Virus record (IMG/VR): IMGVR_UViG_3300033142_001406
Location: 4,138 to 68,137 of that record
Reading direction: 5' to 3' (one strand)
Length of the DNA: 64,000 nt
Origin: a virus
The notes under the pieces were generated by a model that saw only the letters and a list, made by a program, of their open reading frames with translations, had not been told where the DNA came from and did not search any database. A program made the translations under genes and the position numbers. Below are positions 40,703 to 49,672 of the stretch, piece by piece. Position 1 is the stretch's first letter, and the number at the start of each line of letters is the position of its first letter.

Positions 40703-41218
40703 TCAAGACGATTTCCAGCCGATAGTTCTCATTCGGTGTTCGTCGTTTGTAAGTTGATCCTCGTTGACGACAGCGGTTGGTCCCAATACTGGGAGACACC
40801 TCCGCTTGTTTACTACTGCGGTTGATCTGGCAGTACCAGCGTAGCTTACCAGAAATACTGCCTCCAAATATCCCCTAAAAAGCAGCTCCTCTATATAGTT
40901 TTTCACCGAGCCGTAAGGAATATGTTTGTTATATTGCTCACTTACACCCAGATCCTTCACTTTAAAAGGGCGGGTGTGGTAGATCTGCCAAAGTAAGAAG
41001 TACTGTTTTTCGGTGAGATCGCCGGGGCACTTCTCGGGGCAGAACCCCGGAGTTGCGCCCTCCACCGCGCCCTGCAACACTTCCCTTGCCCTATCCGCGA
41101 CATCTTTTCTGGACTCCTTAGTCACTACCTCCTCCAATCTTTTTCGCGCCTCTACGGTTCGCAAGTCGTCCCGGTCCTCTCTGCCCACTTTTGTTGATTG
41201 TGCTCGGGATAATACCAT
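40703..41218 (-). CDS. ParA partner, putative centromere-binding wHTH protein (start revised to ATG 41218)
   Basis: GGAGG SD; charged N-terminus; C-terminal LTEKQYFLL...IPYGSVKNYIEELLFRGYLE. Confidence 0.55.
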   Translation of the reverse strand: MVLSRAQSTKVGREDRDDLRTVEARKRLEEVVTKESRKDVADRAREVLQGAVEGATPGFCPEKCPGDLTEKQYFLLWQIYHTRPFKVKDLGVSEQYNKHIPYGSVKNYIEELLFRGYLEAVFLVSYAGTARSTAVVNKRRCLPVLGPTAVVNEDQLTNDEHRMRTIGWKSS

Positions 41219-42017
41219 ATTCGTCCTCCAGTAATTTAATAAATTCAGTTGCCAAATCTCTAAACGCTTGAGTTCCTTTAGAATTTCTCCCAAACTCAAA
41301 GATACTTGATTTTCCGTTATACTCTGAGTCCTCGAAGCCAGCACACTTCGGAATAAGAGAATCAAACACCACAGCTTCTCCGAATCGGTCGTTCAGCTTC
41401 GCGATATTAGCTTTGTGAACAGTCCGCCGTAGATCCACTCTGTTTACTACTATCCGCAATAGCTTAAGCGTATCGTTCCCCGTATCTTGTACCGCGCTCA
41501 TCAACTTCAGAACTCCACTCACTCCTTTAAGGGAGTTGGCTGATCCAGCCAACATCGGAATCACAACGCAATCAGCAGCGTACAGAGCGTTAGAAACGCT
41601 GATTCCGAGTGTCGGTGAGCAATCAATTAAAGTAACGTCGAAATTATCCCTTGCAAAATCCCTAACCTGCTGTTTTAAATAGAAATTGCTGTTCGGATAT
41701 TGCAAAGCTATCGGGACCTCAAGTCCGGTAGTTTCGGTCACGTTCGGGAGTATTTTGATATTGTTGTGGATTGTATTGTAAATACAATCTTCAATCGGGG
41801 GCTTCCTTAACTGATCCGGGTCAAGTAACTCATACAGACAATTATTAATTTCCTTGTCCGGGTCGCGCATAAGCGCGTCCGTAGAATCTGCTTGCGGATC
41901 GTTGTCAACCACCAACACTTTCAACCCTCGTCTCGCCAGAGCTGACGAAAGATTGATCGACGTCATACTTTTTCCCGTCCCCCCCTTATAATTCGCGATA
42001 GCGCATATTATTCCCAC
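41118..42017 (-). CDS. parA: ParA/Soj family partition ATPase (start revised to GTG 42017)
   Basis: Deviant Walker A KGGTGKS, VDNDPQ, LIDCSP; AAGGAGG SD. Confidence 0.9.
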   Translation of the reverse strand: MGIICAIANYKGGTGKSMTSINLSSALARRGLKVLVVDNDPQADSTDALMRDPDKEINNCLYELLDPDQLRKPPIEDCIYNTIHNNIKILPNVTETTGLEVPIALQYPNSNFYLKQQVRDFARDNFDVTLIDCSPTLGISVSNALYAADCVVIPMLAGSANSLKGVSGVLKLMSAVQDTGNDTLKLLRIVVNRVDLRRTVHKANIAKLNDRFGEAVVFDSLIPKCAGFEDSEYNGKSSIFEFGRNSKGTQAFRDLATEFIKLLEDEYGIIPSTINKSGQRGPGRLANRRGAKKIGGGSD

Positions 42018-42066
42018 TGCGATCCTCCTTTTTTTGTATATTTGTTTGCAATCCACAATATATACA

Positions 42067-42125
42067 ACATACGCGGCGCGTATGTCAATATATTTGTTGA
42101 CAATTCCACCCTATCCGCTTATAAA
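42067..42125. promoter_or_regulatory. Divergent promoters with a palindromic operator
   Basis: + strand TTGACA(42097)-17-TATAAA; - strand TTGACA at 42088; palindrome ACATACGCG-G-CGCGTATGT at 42067-42085. Confidence 0.7.
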
Positions 42126-42164
42126 GAAGGTAAGCAAGAAAATAAGAAAATAAGGAGGAGGAGG

Positions 42165-43250
42165 ATGACAAATCAGAGAACAACAAAGCTTGAAGGGTAT
42201 ACCGGAGTGTACAAGTACGCGTGTTCTGACGGTCGGATTGCGTACCACATACACTACGACAGTTCCCGGAAACTCGCGGGTTATAAAGATGAGGGCTGGA
42301 CTCCAGAAAAGGCTCAAGCGGAGAGAACGCGCCGGATGGACACGCGGAGAGAGTTCAGTAAAGCAGCGAAAATCGAACGGTTTGACGACGCAGCCGAGGC
42401 GTATTTTCGGTGTATGGTCGGAAACGGAAAGACGGGGGAATCAATCCGAGTGGCCAGATCCCGGTACGAAAATCATATTCGACCGCTTCTCGGTTCTACC
42501 AATTTAAAGAACGTAAGTGTTCAGAAAATCGAAGATCTGAAGTTTGATTGGGCAAAGAGGGGTTTGACTGATCTGAACAAAGCGTCTGTATTTACGACAC
42601 TTTCAGCGATAATCAACCGAACATACGCAAACGGGGACTGGCCGTCAACGAAGAATCCGCTTGCTTTCGTCCAAAGGCTAAAGTGTGAGTCCCGGAGGGA
42701 GCGCGCCCTTTCTTTCGAGGAGTACGAGAGGTTGCGGAATATGTTTAAAACGTTTGACGACCCGCTTTGCTTGACCGTCTTCGAGATAGCTATTTATACC
42801 GGGCTTCGGGGTTCGGAGCTTGAACAGCTCCGTTGGGAAGATGTAGATCTGGACAACGAATTCTTGACTGCCCAAACTAAAAACAAGAACGTAAAACAGA
42901 AAACCCGCAGAGTTCGACTACACCACAAGGTGGTCAACGCCCTCTACGCGTGGATTGAGGAAACCGGAGAGATTGGCCCCTCTGAATTAGTATTCCCAGA
43001 AGGTTTACCAAAGAATACAATCAAGAAAACTATCAGTATGCTTAGTCTTAACAGAGGTTTAGAACCCAACTCAAAAAAGCGAGTGACCTTCCACACTTTC
43101 CGGCACACCTTCGCAACTTGGCTTGTTCTCCAAGGTGTTGATATTATTACACTTAGAGATCTGCTGGGACACCACTCCGTTACGATGACGGAACGTTATA
43201 TGCACCACGCTCCGAGTGCCGGGGACGAGGCTGTATTAGCACTTAAATAA
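42165..43250 (+). CDS. int: Tyrosine recombinase / integrase (start revised to ATG 42165)
   Basis: TGLRGSEL, HTFRHTFATWL, LLGHHSVTMTERY catalytic motifs; N-terminal arm-binding-like domain. Confidence 0.9.
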   Translation: MTNQRTTKLEGYTGVYKYACSDGRIAYHIHYDSSRKLAGYKDEGWTPEKAQAERTRRMDTRREFSKAAKIERFDDAAEAYFRCMVGNGKTGESIRVARSRYENHIRPLLGSTNLKNVSVQKIEDLKFDWAKRGLTDLNKASVFTTLSAIINRTYANGDWPSTKNPLAFVQRLKCESRRERALSFEEYERLRNMFKTFDDPLCLTVFEIAIYTGLRGSELEQLRWEDVDLDNEFLTAQTKNKNVKQKTRRVRLHHKVVNALYAWIEETGEIGPSELVFPEGLPKNTIKKTISMLSLNRGLEPNSKKRVTFHTFRHTFATWLVLQGVDIITLRDLLGHHSVTMTERYMHHAPSAGDEAVLALK

Positions 43251-43261
43251 AGGGAAGTAGA

Positions 43262-43603
43262 ATGACAGAGGAAGTATATCAAGAGATGAAAAAGGATCTT
43301 AAAAATCTTTGCAAAAAGATAGCGAAAGATTACGGGATAAAAGAGGGGGTTGCTGAAGCTATTTTAAGCTTGAGTGCTGACCAGAATATTATTGCTAACC
43401 GTTTGGTACGCGGAGCAACCTCGCTTATAAATACCGCAATAACTGGAGAAGATGGGGTGGGTGAAACCAGAGATATCGAGAATAATATCACGGGGATGCT
43501 CGAAGACTTATCTACTTATATTGAGAGTTGTGTGAGAGTCGGTTTGATGAAAGAGCACAACAAGATAATCGAGCCACTGTTCAGAATAGAGACAGAAGAT
43601 TAA
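43262..43603 (+). CDS. Hypothetical protein
   Basis: 113 aa, follows int on the same strand. Confidence 0.7.
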   Translation: MTEEVYQEMKKDLKNLCKKIAKDYGIKEGVAEAILSLSADQNIIANRLVRGATSLINTAITGEDGVGETRDIENNITGMLEDLSTYIESCVRVGLMKEHNKIIEPLFRIETED

Positions 43604-43608
43604 ACGAG

Positions 43609-43635
43609 AAAAGGCCAGCTCGAAAGCTGGCCCTT
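43609..43635. terminator. Terminator hairpin at convergent transcripts
   Basis: GGCCAGC-TCGAAA-GCTGGCC with a flanking A/T tract. Confidence 0.7.
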
Positions 43636-43712
43636 ACCCACTAACATCTTTTATTAACTAACCGATCTTGGCAGCTTACCTATAACACTTCTCAAATATA
43701 ACTTCAACAAGG

Positions 43713-43975
43713 AAAACCACCCCAAGGTGACCAAGAAGGGTGGTTTTTACTTGGTACTTAACTTGTAGATTACCACTGAGTAAAACCTAAAAAGGATTTA
43801 CTTTGCTGATCCTCAAGATTCCGGGCTTTTATTTTACGTAGGAGCCACTGTCTCTCTTTAAACGCCCACGTAGTACGAAACAAGAATACAGTAACGCTAT
43901 AAGAACCCCCCGCCCTGCACAACGCAGGGTGGAAGGCGTGGACCGATTTGAGTCGAAGCTGGGTAAGCGACAACC
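43713..43975 (-). ncRNA. Candidate small RNA with its own promoter and terminator
   Basis: TTGACT(44010)-17-TATGGT promoter; internal hairpins; terminator at 43713-43748; contains copy 2 of a repeated structured motif. Confidence 0.45.
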
Positions 43976-44015
43976 AAAATCACCATACCTCTTATACTAT
44001 CAGAAGTCAATAGGC

Positions 44016-44056
44016 AAAAAAAAACCCCACCTACTCGCCAGAGTAGAAGGGGTTTC
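44016..44056 (-). terminator. Intrinsic terminator downstream of hicB
   Basis: AAACCCC...GGGGTTTTTTTTT on the - strand. Confidence 0.7.
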
Positions 44057-44153
44057 TCTCTAAAAATTGGACAAATCTTAGATATTATAGATTCCTAGCT
44101 TTTATTTTGAGTAGGAGCTAATACCTCCGTGGGGTGCCTACTTCGCGCCTCGC

Positions 44154-44432
44154 CTAGAGTGTAGAAATCGGGATAATAAAAGTATCTTCTACTACTACGT
44201 ATTGTTTGTACAAAGCCGTAAACTCTTTGTATTGATCGTAGAAAGCCGCAAACACTGTTGGAGGATTTATAAAGACTGGTTCTGAAAGTTCTAAGTGATT
44301 TGTTAGAGCATCCCGCGCCATCTCTACGGCCTCTTCCATATCTTTCCCGCAAGTGTTGCAACCTATTAGATCTGGGAAGGCCACAGCAAATCCTTCTTCG
44401 TTCGATCTGACTATCGCGTAATAAGTTGCCAA
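44154..44432 (-). CDS. hicB: HicB-like antitoxin (N-terminal domain only, no adjacent hicA)
   Basis: YYAIV...GFAVAFPDLIGCNTCGKDMEEAVEMARDAL. Confidence 0.8.
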   Translation of the reverse strand: MATYYAIVRSNEEGFAVAFPDLIGCNTCGKDMEEAVEMARDALTNHLELSEPVFINPPTVFAAFYDQYKEFTALYKQYVVVEDTFIIPISTL

Positions 44433-44594
44433 TCTATTTCTCTTTCTCTTTGTGTGTGTGTGAATCAGTGACGTTTCAAGGCTCCCCCCAAGGTGCCACC
44501 ACGCCTTGTACTTCGCTATCGGCTCTCCGACAAGCCTCCGTAACGGAGCCGGGTGAAAGCACTTGACCTTGCACCGTTACTGGTAAAGTACGTA

Positions 44595-44858
44595 TCAACT
44601 TCTTCTAAATTCGTCAAGGTAAAAGTTGGCCTTTTCTATATCTTCGGCAAGCTTTGCCGGGTCTTTCAAACCCGCCCGGAGGCGATACTTGACAATAGAG
44701 CCAAGACAATACGCTTGATAAAAAGACATCTCCTCAACTGTCTGCTCTGCCTCATCCAGCACCACCCTTATAATCTCCTTTACCTCCAGCGGGTACATAT
44801 TATAGTGTTTCGGGTGGTTTACCGGGTCGTCCTTTTCTAAAATAAGATCTTTATTCAT
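44595..44858 (-). CDS. DUF3310-type phage protein
   Basis: DPVNHPKHYN...GSIVKYRLRAGLK...EDIEKANFYL. Confidence 0.8.
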   Translation of the reverse strand: MNKDLILEKDDPVNHPKHYNMYPLEVKEIIRVVLDEAEQTVEEMSFYQAYCLGSIVKYRLRAGLKDPAKLAEDIEKANFYLDEFRRS

Positions 44859-45165
44859 CCGTTTCCTCTGTAGCCTTTTTAGAATGTCCCCACGTTATAT
44901 TACCCTCTTTTAAGAATTCCGTAGGAAAGGTGTTCTCAATATGATTTTGTAATTCTTCGAGCAACTCAATAAGAGAATCAATACAGACAGCTTTGCGGGA
45001 GTGGCTCTTTAGAATGTGATTTGCCCAACCCTTTAGAGTAGCGTCTAAGGAATAATAGTAACTGTTTTCGGGGGTTTGGGTGTCTCTTAATATATAATTA
45101 TAACTGTCTGAAGTGATATGGTGTTCTTTATCAACCCACACATCCATATTATTTATCTCCCCCAC
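44851..45165 (-). CDS. Hypothetical phage protein
   Basis: ITSDSYNYIL...YYYSL pattern. Confidence 0.6.
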   Translation of the reverse strand: MGEINNMDVWVDKEHHITSDSYNYILRDTQTPENSYYYSLDATLKGWANHILKSHSRKAVCIDSLIELLEELQNHIENTFPTEFLKEGNITWGHSKKATEETDE

Positions 45166-45668
45166 TTTACGTAATTGTAATAATCTTCAATAACTCTCTC
45201 TGGATCTGCCGATCCTTGGTAAGTGTTGTAGTATTTCTTGTAATACTGAGCTAAACCCTTGATATCTCTCTCATCCGGGAGTGCTTCCGGCACTCTCCAA
45301 TAGTGAACCCTCGCCAGTGCTACTTGGTAAGCCAGATTCACTCTTAACTGCCAGAGAAACTTATTCTCGTATGCTGGGTACTGCTCTGACTCAAATTTAG
45401 TATTTGGGATAAATTGTAATATCTTATCTGCGATTGCTGGTTTTCTGTTTAAGTAATTAATCCAGATATCTTCGGCTGTATCTGGTTCGATCTGAACTAC
45501 ACCGACGGCGGGACCACGAACTTGCTCAAGATAGTAACCGCCCTTGGATTCGTGGGCTATCGTCATAATAAGCAGTTCAATTGCAGCCTCAGAATACGGT
45601 ATTTCTGGTTCAAGAAGAGTTAGTACGTCAGAGACTAACATCCTCATATCTTTCTGATTAATCGACAC
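45153..45668 (-). CDS. Putative endolysin, lysozyme-like fold (start revised to GTG 45668)
   Basis: ELLIMTIAHES.GG...GPAVGVVQIEP.T; ARVHYWR.PEALP; AQYYKKYYNT. Confidence 0.65.
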   Translation of the reverse strand: MSINQKDMRMLVSDVLTLLEPEIPYSEAAIELLIMTIAHESKGGYYLEQVRGPAVGVVQIEPDTAEDIWINYLNRKPAIADKILQFIPNTKFESEQYPAYENKFLWQLRVNLAYQVALARVHYWRVPEALPDERDIKGLAQYYKKYYNTYQGSADPERVIEDYYNYVKWGR

Positions 45669-46155
45669 TTGCTTCTCCTCCCGCCCACAACTGCGAGGCT
45701 GGGATAACTGTCTGATTTCGAGAGGCGAGTCTGATACCTTGAACGCTATAAGAATTATCAGAAGCTTCAGAAAATACATACCGCCCCAGCTTAATATAAG
45801 TTGCGAATTCTTTTAAGGTTTCCAGATGCTTAGGCATCTGGTCTATCTCGAATTGTTCGTACTTGGTAAAAACAATAATCGGAAGTTTGTACTGGGAGAG
45901 TGACCGTAGCAACAACCGCAGCGGAAGAGGCTTCTGATCGAGCGGCTCTCCCCCCAGCACCCAGATCTGTTCTACTTCTCCATACTTTATATTGGATGCT
46001 ACCCTCCGCAGCATCTCGTTACTGATTGGCTTCCCCGCCTTGAAATCGTGAAGTTCTGGATTGTGGCAATAGGCACAATACGGAGCTTCGCAACCAGAGA
46101 GGTATATCTCAAGAGATTTAGTTGTCAGTGAGTATTGCAATCCTCCGTAATTCAT
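45658..46155 (-). CDS. nrdG: Anaerobic RNR activating radical SAM protein
   Basis: SGCEAPYCAYCHNP, LGGEPLDQ, YIKLGRY, LASRNQ; adjacent to nrdD. Confidence 0.85.
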   Translation of the reverse strand: MNYGGLQYSLTTKSLEIYLSGCEAPYCAYCHNPELHDFKAGKPISNEMLRRVASNIKYGEVEQIWVLGGEPLDQKPLPLRLLLRSLSQYKLPIIVFTKYEQFEIDQMPKHLETLKEFATYIKLGRYVFSEASDNSYSVQGIRLASRNQTVIPASQLWAGGEASVD

Positions 46156-46157
46156 AT

Positions 46158-48143
46158 CTAAGATACCCCCTTATAGAATTGACGATTAGGATAATCCTTT
46201 TCTCGACGGACCGCCGCCCAGTGCTTTGTATTTGTTAAGAAACCAACTATTCTCGTAAAATTATTTATAATCGGGGACTTGCAAATATTGCAAGTGTCTT
46301 TCCTCCCGACGGTCATATGACCGTTCTCACATTCTTGGAGATTGTAGTTCACAGCCCAATAAATCACTCCCCGTTTTGCAGCCATTCTGATAAGCTTTTC
46401 CATATCCTCAACGTCTTCAATTCTCTCTTCGACGTTGACGTGACAGATTGCACCTCCCGAGAACATCCCGTCGAATTTCCCTTGTATTTCAAGACGTTCA
46501 AGCAACGTAGCCTCCGCTTGCAGCGGAATAAACTGATTGCTATAAAAGGGCAGATTGGCTTTGTTAAACCCAAGATATTTGTCCTTAGTTGCCAGCTTGA
46601 TTGCTGAACTTTCGGCTGGTACTTGCTCGATATTGTGAGGCGTTTTGTGCCTCTTCTGAGCAATCTTAGATACAAGGTCTAAGGCCCGTATGATACGTTC
46701 TGCGACGTTCTGACCAGTTTCTGATACTATACTATGCCCCAGCAGCTCAACGGCCTCGTATAGCCCCGTTATTCCTATCGTTGAGTATTGTTTACTCAAC
46801 TCCATATAACCAAGATCATACAACGGGAGTGCTCCCCGAGCGATCCTATCAGCGAGAATGGAACGCTTCGCAGCGTTAATCTTGACCGCTTTCCCGGCAA
46901 CCAGACAGATTTCGTGGATAACTGCTGGGAAGTCGTTGGGATTTGTTCTGAGTGTTTCCTCAACCAACCGGGGAAGGTTGATAGTACAAACTCCTAAACT
47001 TCCGATCTTTGTACTTCCAGATCCAAAGCTGTTAAAATACTCGTTTCGAGTGTCGGATCTCAAGCGACAACAAGAACTTAGCGTACTTGACTTACCACAG
47101 TAGATATTGATAAACCCGTATTTTTTGTTCTCTTCAGCAATCAGCTTGAGGAAGCCTTCGTCTTGAATTTCACCCTCGTCGTTAACGGTGAAGCAAGCCG
47201 TTGTTACCGGGAAAGTGATTGGGGCGCGGCGTAACTCTTCATTCATAACTTCCAAATAAACACGTTGTAAATTTTCTACTGTAGTAAACGTGGGGATAGC
47301 GCCGTCTTTAAATTTATAATCTTTTACGAGTGATTCCAAGAAGTTATCGTCAAAGACGCTGATATTAACGAACGGACTTTCAGCACCCCTCATAGGGAAG
47401 TTGAAACCGTAGATTAGGGAAGTTAAAGTCTCTCTTACGTAAGTCCAAACATCCTCTTCAGTATTCCCAACCACGATATTCCCATCCCGGAATATCGCGT
47501 ACTCGAATACTTCACAATCTTCTTTAAAATCTCTGAACGATACAAACTGCTCTATATCGTTAAATTCTAATATCTTATCAATATAGTAAGCCATACAAAT
47601 CAGCAGGTCAGCGAGTCCGGTGGCCCCAGCGGTACTCTGGGAGGCGTTGACAACGAACTGCTCAATCTGGCTCTTAAAAGTAAAGAGCGATTTGGGGGGC
47701 AAAGAGCGCACCTTTGCGCCCATCTGAAGTCCTCCAAGCGCAATATCGTAGCAGCTATAGTTAAAGCAGTAAGGCTTCGCAAGAGAGTGGAAGTCGTTGA
47801 TATAAATTCTTCCAACAAGCTGATCTTCTAATATCTGGTTTGCGGTTTGGAGATCGTAAAGATCCCGCAACTCTTGCCAGAGGAGAAAGTATGAATTGTA
47901 ACGCTGAAAGGGCTTAGAAGCCTCGTAATTATAGGCAATTACGTCTTTTGTAGCAACGTTGCTGTTGCTGTCCACCGAAGCGTCGGCGGTGGTTGTTTTG
48001 TTTTTGAAAAACTCCTTCGCGAATAAATTCTGGTCTAATTGCTTTCCTATCCCGTCGATATCAAACAGTTCTTTTCCGTACTTGCTCCACAAGTACATCA
48101 TAACTGTATCGAAGTCTGAGTCGTAACCAACTTTAATAAACAC
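46158..48143 (-). CDS. nrdD: Class III (anaerobic) ribonucleotide reductase (start revised to GTG 48143)
   Basis: PYCFN, SSCCRL, TINLPR, EQVPAES, C-terminal Zn cysteines and RIVGFL glycyl radical loop. Confidence 0.9.
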   Translation of the reverse strand: MFIKVGYDSDFDTVMMYLWSKYGKELFDIDGIGKQLDQNLFAKEFFKNKTTTADASVDSNSNVATKDVIAYNYEASKPFQRYNSYFLLWQELRDLYDLQTANQILEDQLVGRIYINDFHSLAKPYCFNYSCYDIALGGLQMGAKVRSLPPKSLFTFKSQIEQFVVNASQSTAGATGLADLLICMAYYIDKILEFNDIEQFVSFRDFKEDCEVFEYAIFRDGNIVVGNTEEDVWTYVRETLTSLIYGFNFPMRGAESPFVNISVFDDNFLESLVKDYKFKDGAIPTFTTVENLQRVYLEVMNEELRRAPITFPVTTACFTVNDEGEIQDEGFLKLIAEENKKYGFINIYCGKSSTLSSCCRLRSDTRNEYFNSFGSGSTKIGSLGVCTINLPRLVEETLRTNPNDFPAVIHEICLVAGKAVKINAAKRSILADRIARGALPLYDLGYMELSKQYSTIGITGLYEAVELLGHSIVSETGQNVAERIIRALDLVSKIAQKRHKTPHNIEQVPAESSAIKLATKDKYLGFNKANLPFYSNQFIPLQAEATLLERLEIQGKFDGMFSGGAICHVNVEERIEDVEDMEKLIRMAAKRGVIYWAVNYNLQECENGHMTVGRKDTCNICKSPIINNFTRIVGFLTNTKHWAAVRREKDYPNRQFYKGVS

Positions 48144-48318
48144 CCCGTAGCACCTCCGTATATATCTTTTTTGCGTCTTGATATTTCCGACGCCGACCAA
48201 CGGCGTAAACCACCCCCGTCTTGGGGTGCTGGACGTACTTCTTTTCAGCACTGATACCGTGACGTTCGCAAATCCGATTGACAATCTTTCTTAATCTTTT
48301 CGCTTGTTTACCGTTCAT
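48133..48318 (-). CDS. Small basic hypothetical protein
   Basis: MNGKQAKRLRK..., start overlaps the dut stop. Confidence 0.6.
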   Translation of the reverse strand: MNGKQAKRLRKIVNRICERHGISAEKKYVQHPKTGVVYAVGRRRKYQDAKKIYTEVLRGVY

Positions 48319-48749
48319 CCCGTTACCCCCGTACAACCCCAACCGCCGTCTCCCCGGTCGGTTGCCCAAAGAGTATCTACTTCGACAAATTCAGCCCGGA
48401 TAACCGGGGCAATCACCCCTTGGGCGATTCTATCGCCGGGGGAGATTCTCCACACCCGCTTAGAATTATTTCTAATAATTAGAGTAACTTCTCCGGTGTA
48501 ACCAGAGTCGATTGTTGCTGGAGAGTTGACAAGGTAGTTGGGAAAGTCTTTTGAAAGACCGCTACGCTGCCGGATCTGGAGTTCAAACCCAAACGGAATC
48601 CCGAAGGATAACCCGGTCCCGAATACCCCGTAGTGACCGGGCTGGATCTTCTTTCCGACCAACGATCTAAGATCAAAGCCAGCATCCCCAACGTGCTTGT
48701 ACGTTGGGAGCACTGCGTCGTGGTTAACTTTGCTTATCTCGATACGCAC
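48315..48749 (-). CDS. dut: Trimeric dUTPase
   Basis: AGFDL, RSG, TIDSGYTGE, RIAQ, RGDGGWGCTG. Confidence 0.9.
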   Translation of the reverse strand: MRIEISKVNHDAVLPTYKHVGDAGFDLRSLVGKKIQPGHYGVFGTGLSFGIPFGFELQIRQRSGLSKDFPNYLVNSPATIDSGYTGEVTLIIRNNSKRVWRISPGDRIAQGVIAPVIRAEFVEVDTLWATDRGDGGWGCTGVTG

Positions 48750-49206
48750 TGTGATTAGCTCTCCTTTTTTGAGGTTTCAACCAGCTTTTTGGCATCCGAC
48801 TATAGGCCCAGATTATATTGTGTTTTGTGGCCCACTCTCCGTATGTCGTATTAGATCCTTTGTTGATCGGGTTGTTTGGCCGCTCAAAGATCAGCCTAAA
48901 ATCAACGTCGGGATATTGGGTTTTAATTGCTAATATCTTCTGCCGTCCATCTATTGTAAGTCGTCCTTTATACTCGATAATCAGCACCGACCCGTCGTCG
49001 CGAGTAACCCGGAAGTCTGGAAGGTAAGTTCTAATTTTAGGTTGCCACCTCATCCGGGCATCCTTCGGTTCGTACTCCCAAGTTGTCCCCAGCTTGGAAA
49101 GCTGGGCTGCAAGAAGAGACTCCCCTTCAGACCGGAACTGATTAACTCCGTCGCTGTATGACTTTCTTTTTTTCTTACCCTTCCTCTTTCTTAGTCTCTT
49201 GACCAA
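48724..49206 (-). CDS. T7 endonuclease I-like resolvase
   Basis: FRS.GE...WEYE...YLPDF...IIEYKG...TTYGEWATKH. Confidence 0.8.
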   Translation of the reverse strand: MVKRLRKRKGKKKRKSYSDGVNQFRSEGESLLAAQLSKLGTTWEYEPKDARMRWQPKIRTYLPDFRVTRDDGSVLIIEYKGRLTIDGRQKILAIKTQYPDVDFRLIFERPNNPINKGSNTTYGEWATKHNIIWAYSRMPKSWLKPQKRRANHSAYRDKQS

Positions 49207-49672
49207 TATTCGCCTCCTTGATTAACTCGAATTGATATTTTGGTATATCTATCAAGGGCTTATCCTTATCTCCCCGCTTCTTGAATCCACCCATCCGACG
49301 CTCAAACTCCAGATCGTCGTTGATCGGAACGGAGATAACAGACCCGCACCGCCACCCGGAAACGTAGTATGCTGGTACTTTATCCAGCTTTGACAAGGCC
49401 AGCATATAATCGTATTTGCTTTCGTCCAGATAGACAGTCTCAAGTTTCGAAAGGATATAACTCCTTGATTTAACTTCAATATATCCGACAAGGTGTTTAT
49501 TGAACTCAATAAAGAAGTCTACCCGGTGCCACTGAGGAAACTGGTGGAGGATGTGACCGTCGTGGGTTGACTCCCAGACTTGCTTAAGATACTGTTCTGA
49601 CTCCCAATCCTTATAAGTAAATATATCTTTTACCACCACTCCTCGCCTTCGCAGAGTGACTTGAATCTGCAA
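49175..49672 (-). CDS. PD-(D/E)XK nuclease-like protein (true start probably a GTG near 49640)
   Basis: RVDFF...YIEVKSR. Confidence 0.65.
   Translation of the reverse strand: MQIQVTLRRRGVVVKDIFTYKDWESEQYLKQVWESTHDGHILHQFPQWHRVDFFIEFNKHLVGYIEVKSRSYILSKLETVYLDESKYDYMLALSKLDKVPAYYVSGWRCGSVISVPINDDLEFERRMGGFKKRGDKDKPLIDIPKYQFELIKEANIGQETKKEEG

Noticed and set aside
43770-43973. 67-aa ORF in the ncRNA-like region (also 44095-44361)
   Set aside because: No SD site, no recognisable protein features, and the repeat differences fit RNA pairing better than coding; not fully excluded
44089-44118. Resemblance of AAAATAAAAGCTAG to the tracrRNA nexus, or a two-repeat mini-CRISPR
   Set aside because: The match is short, the spacing (273 bp) is far larger than a spacer, and no cas genes or array are present
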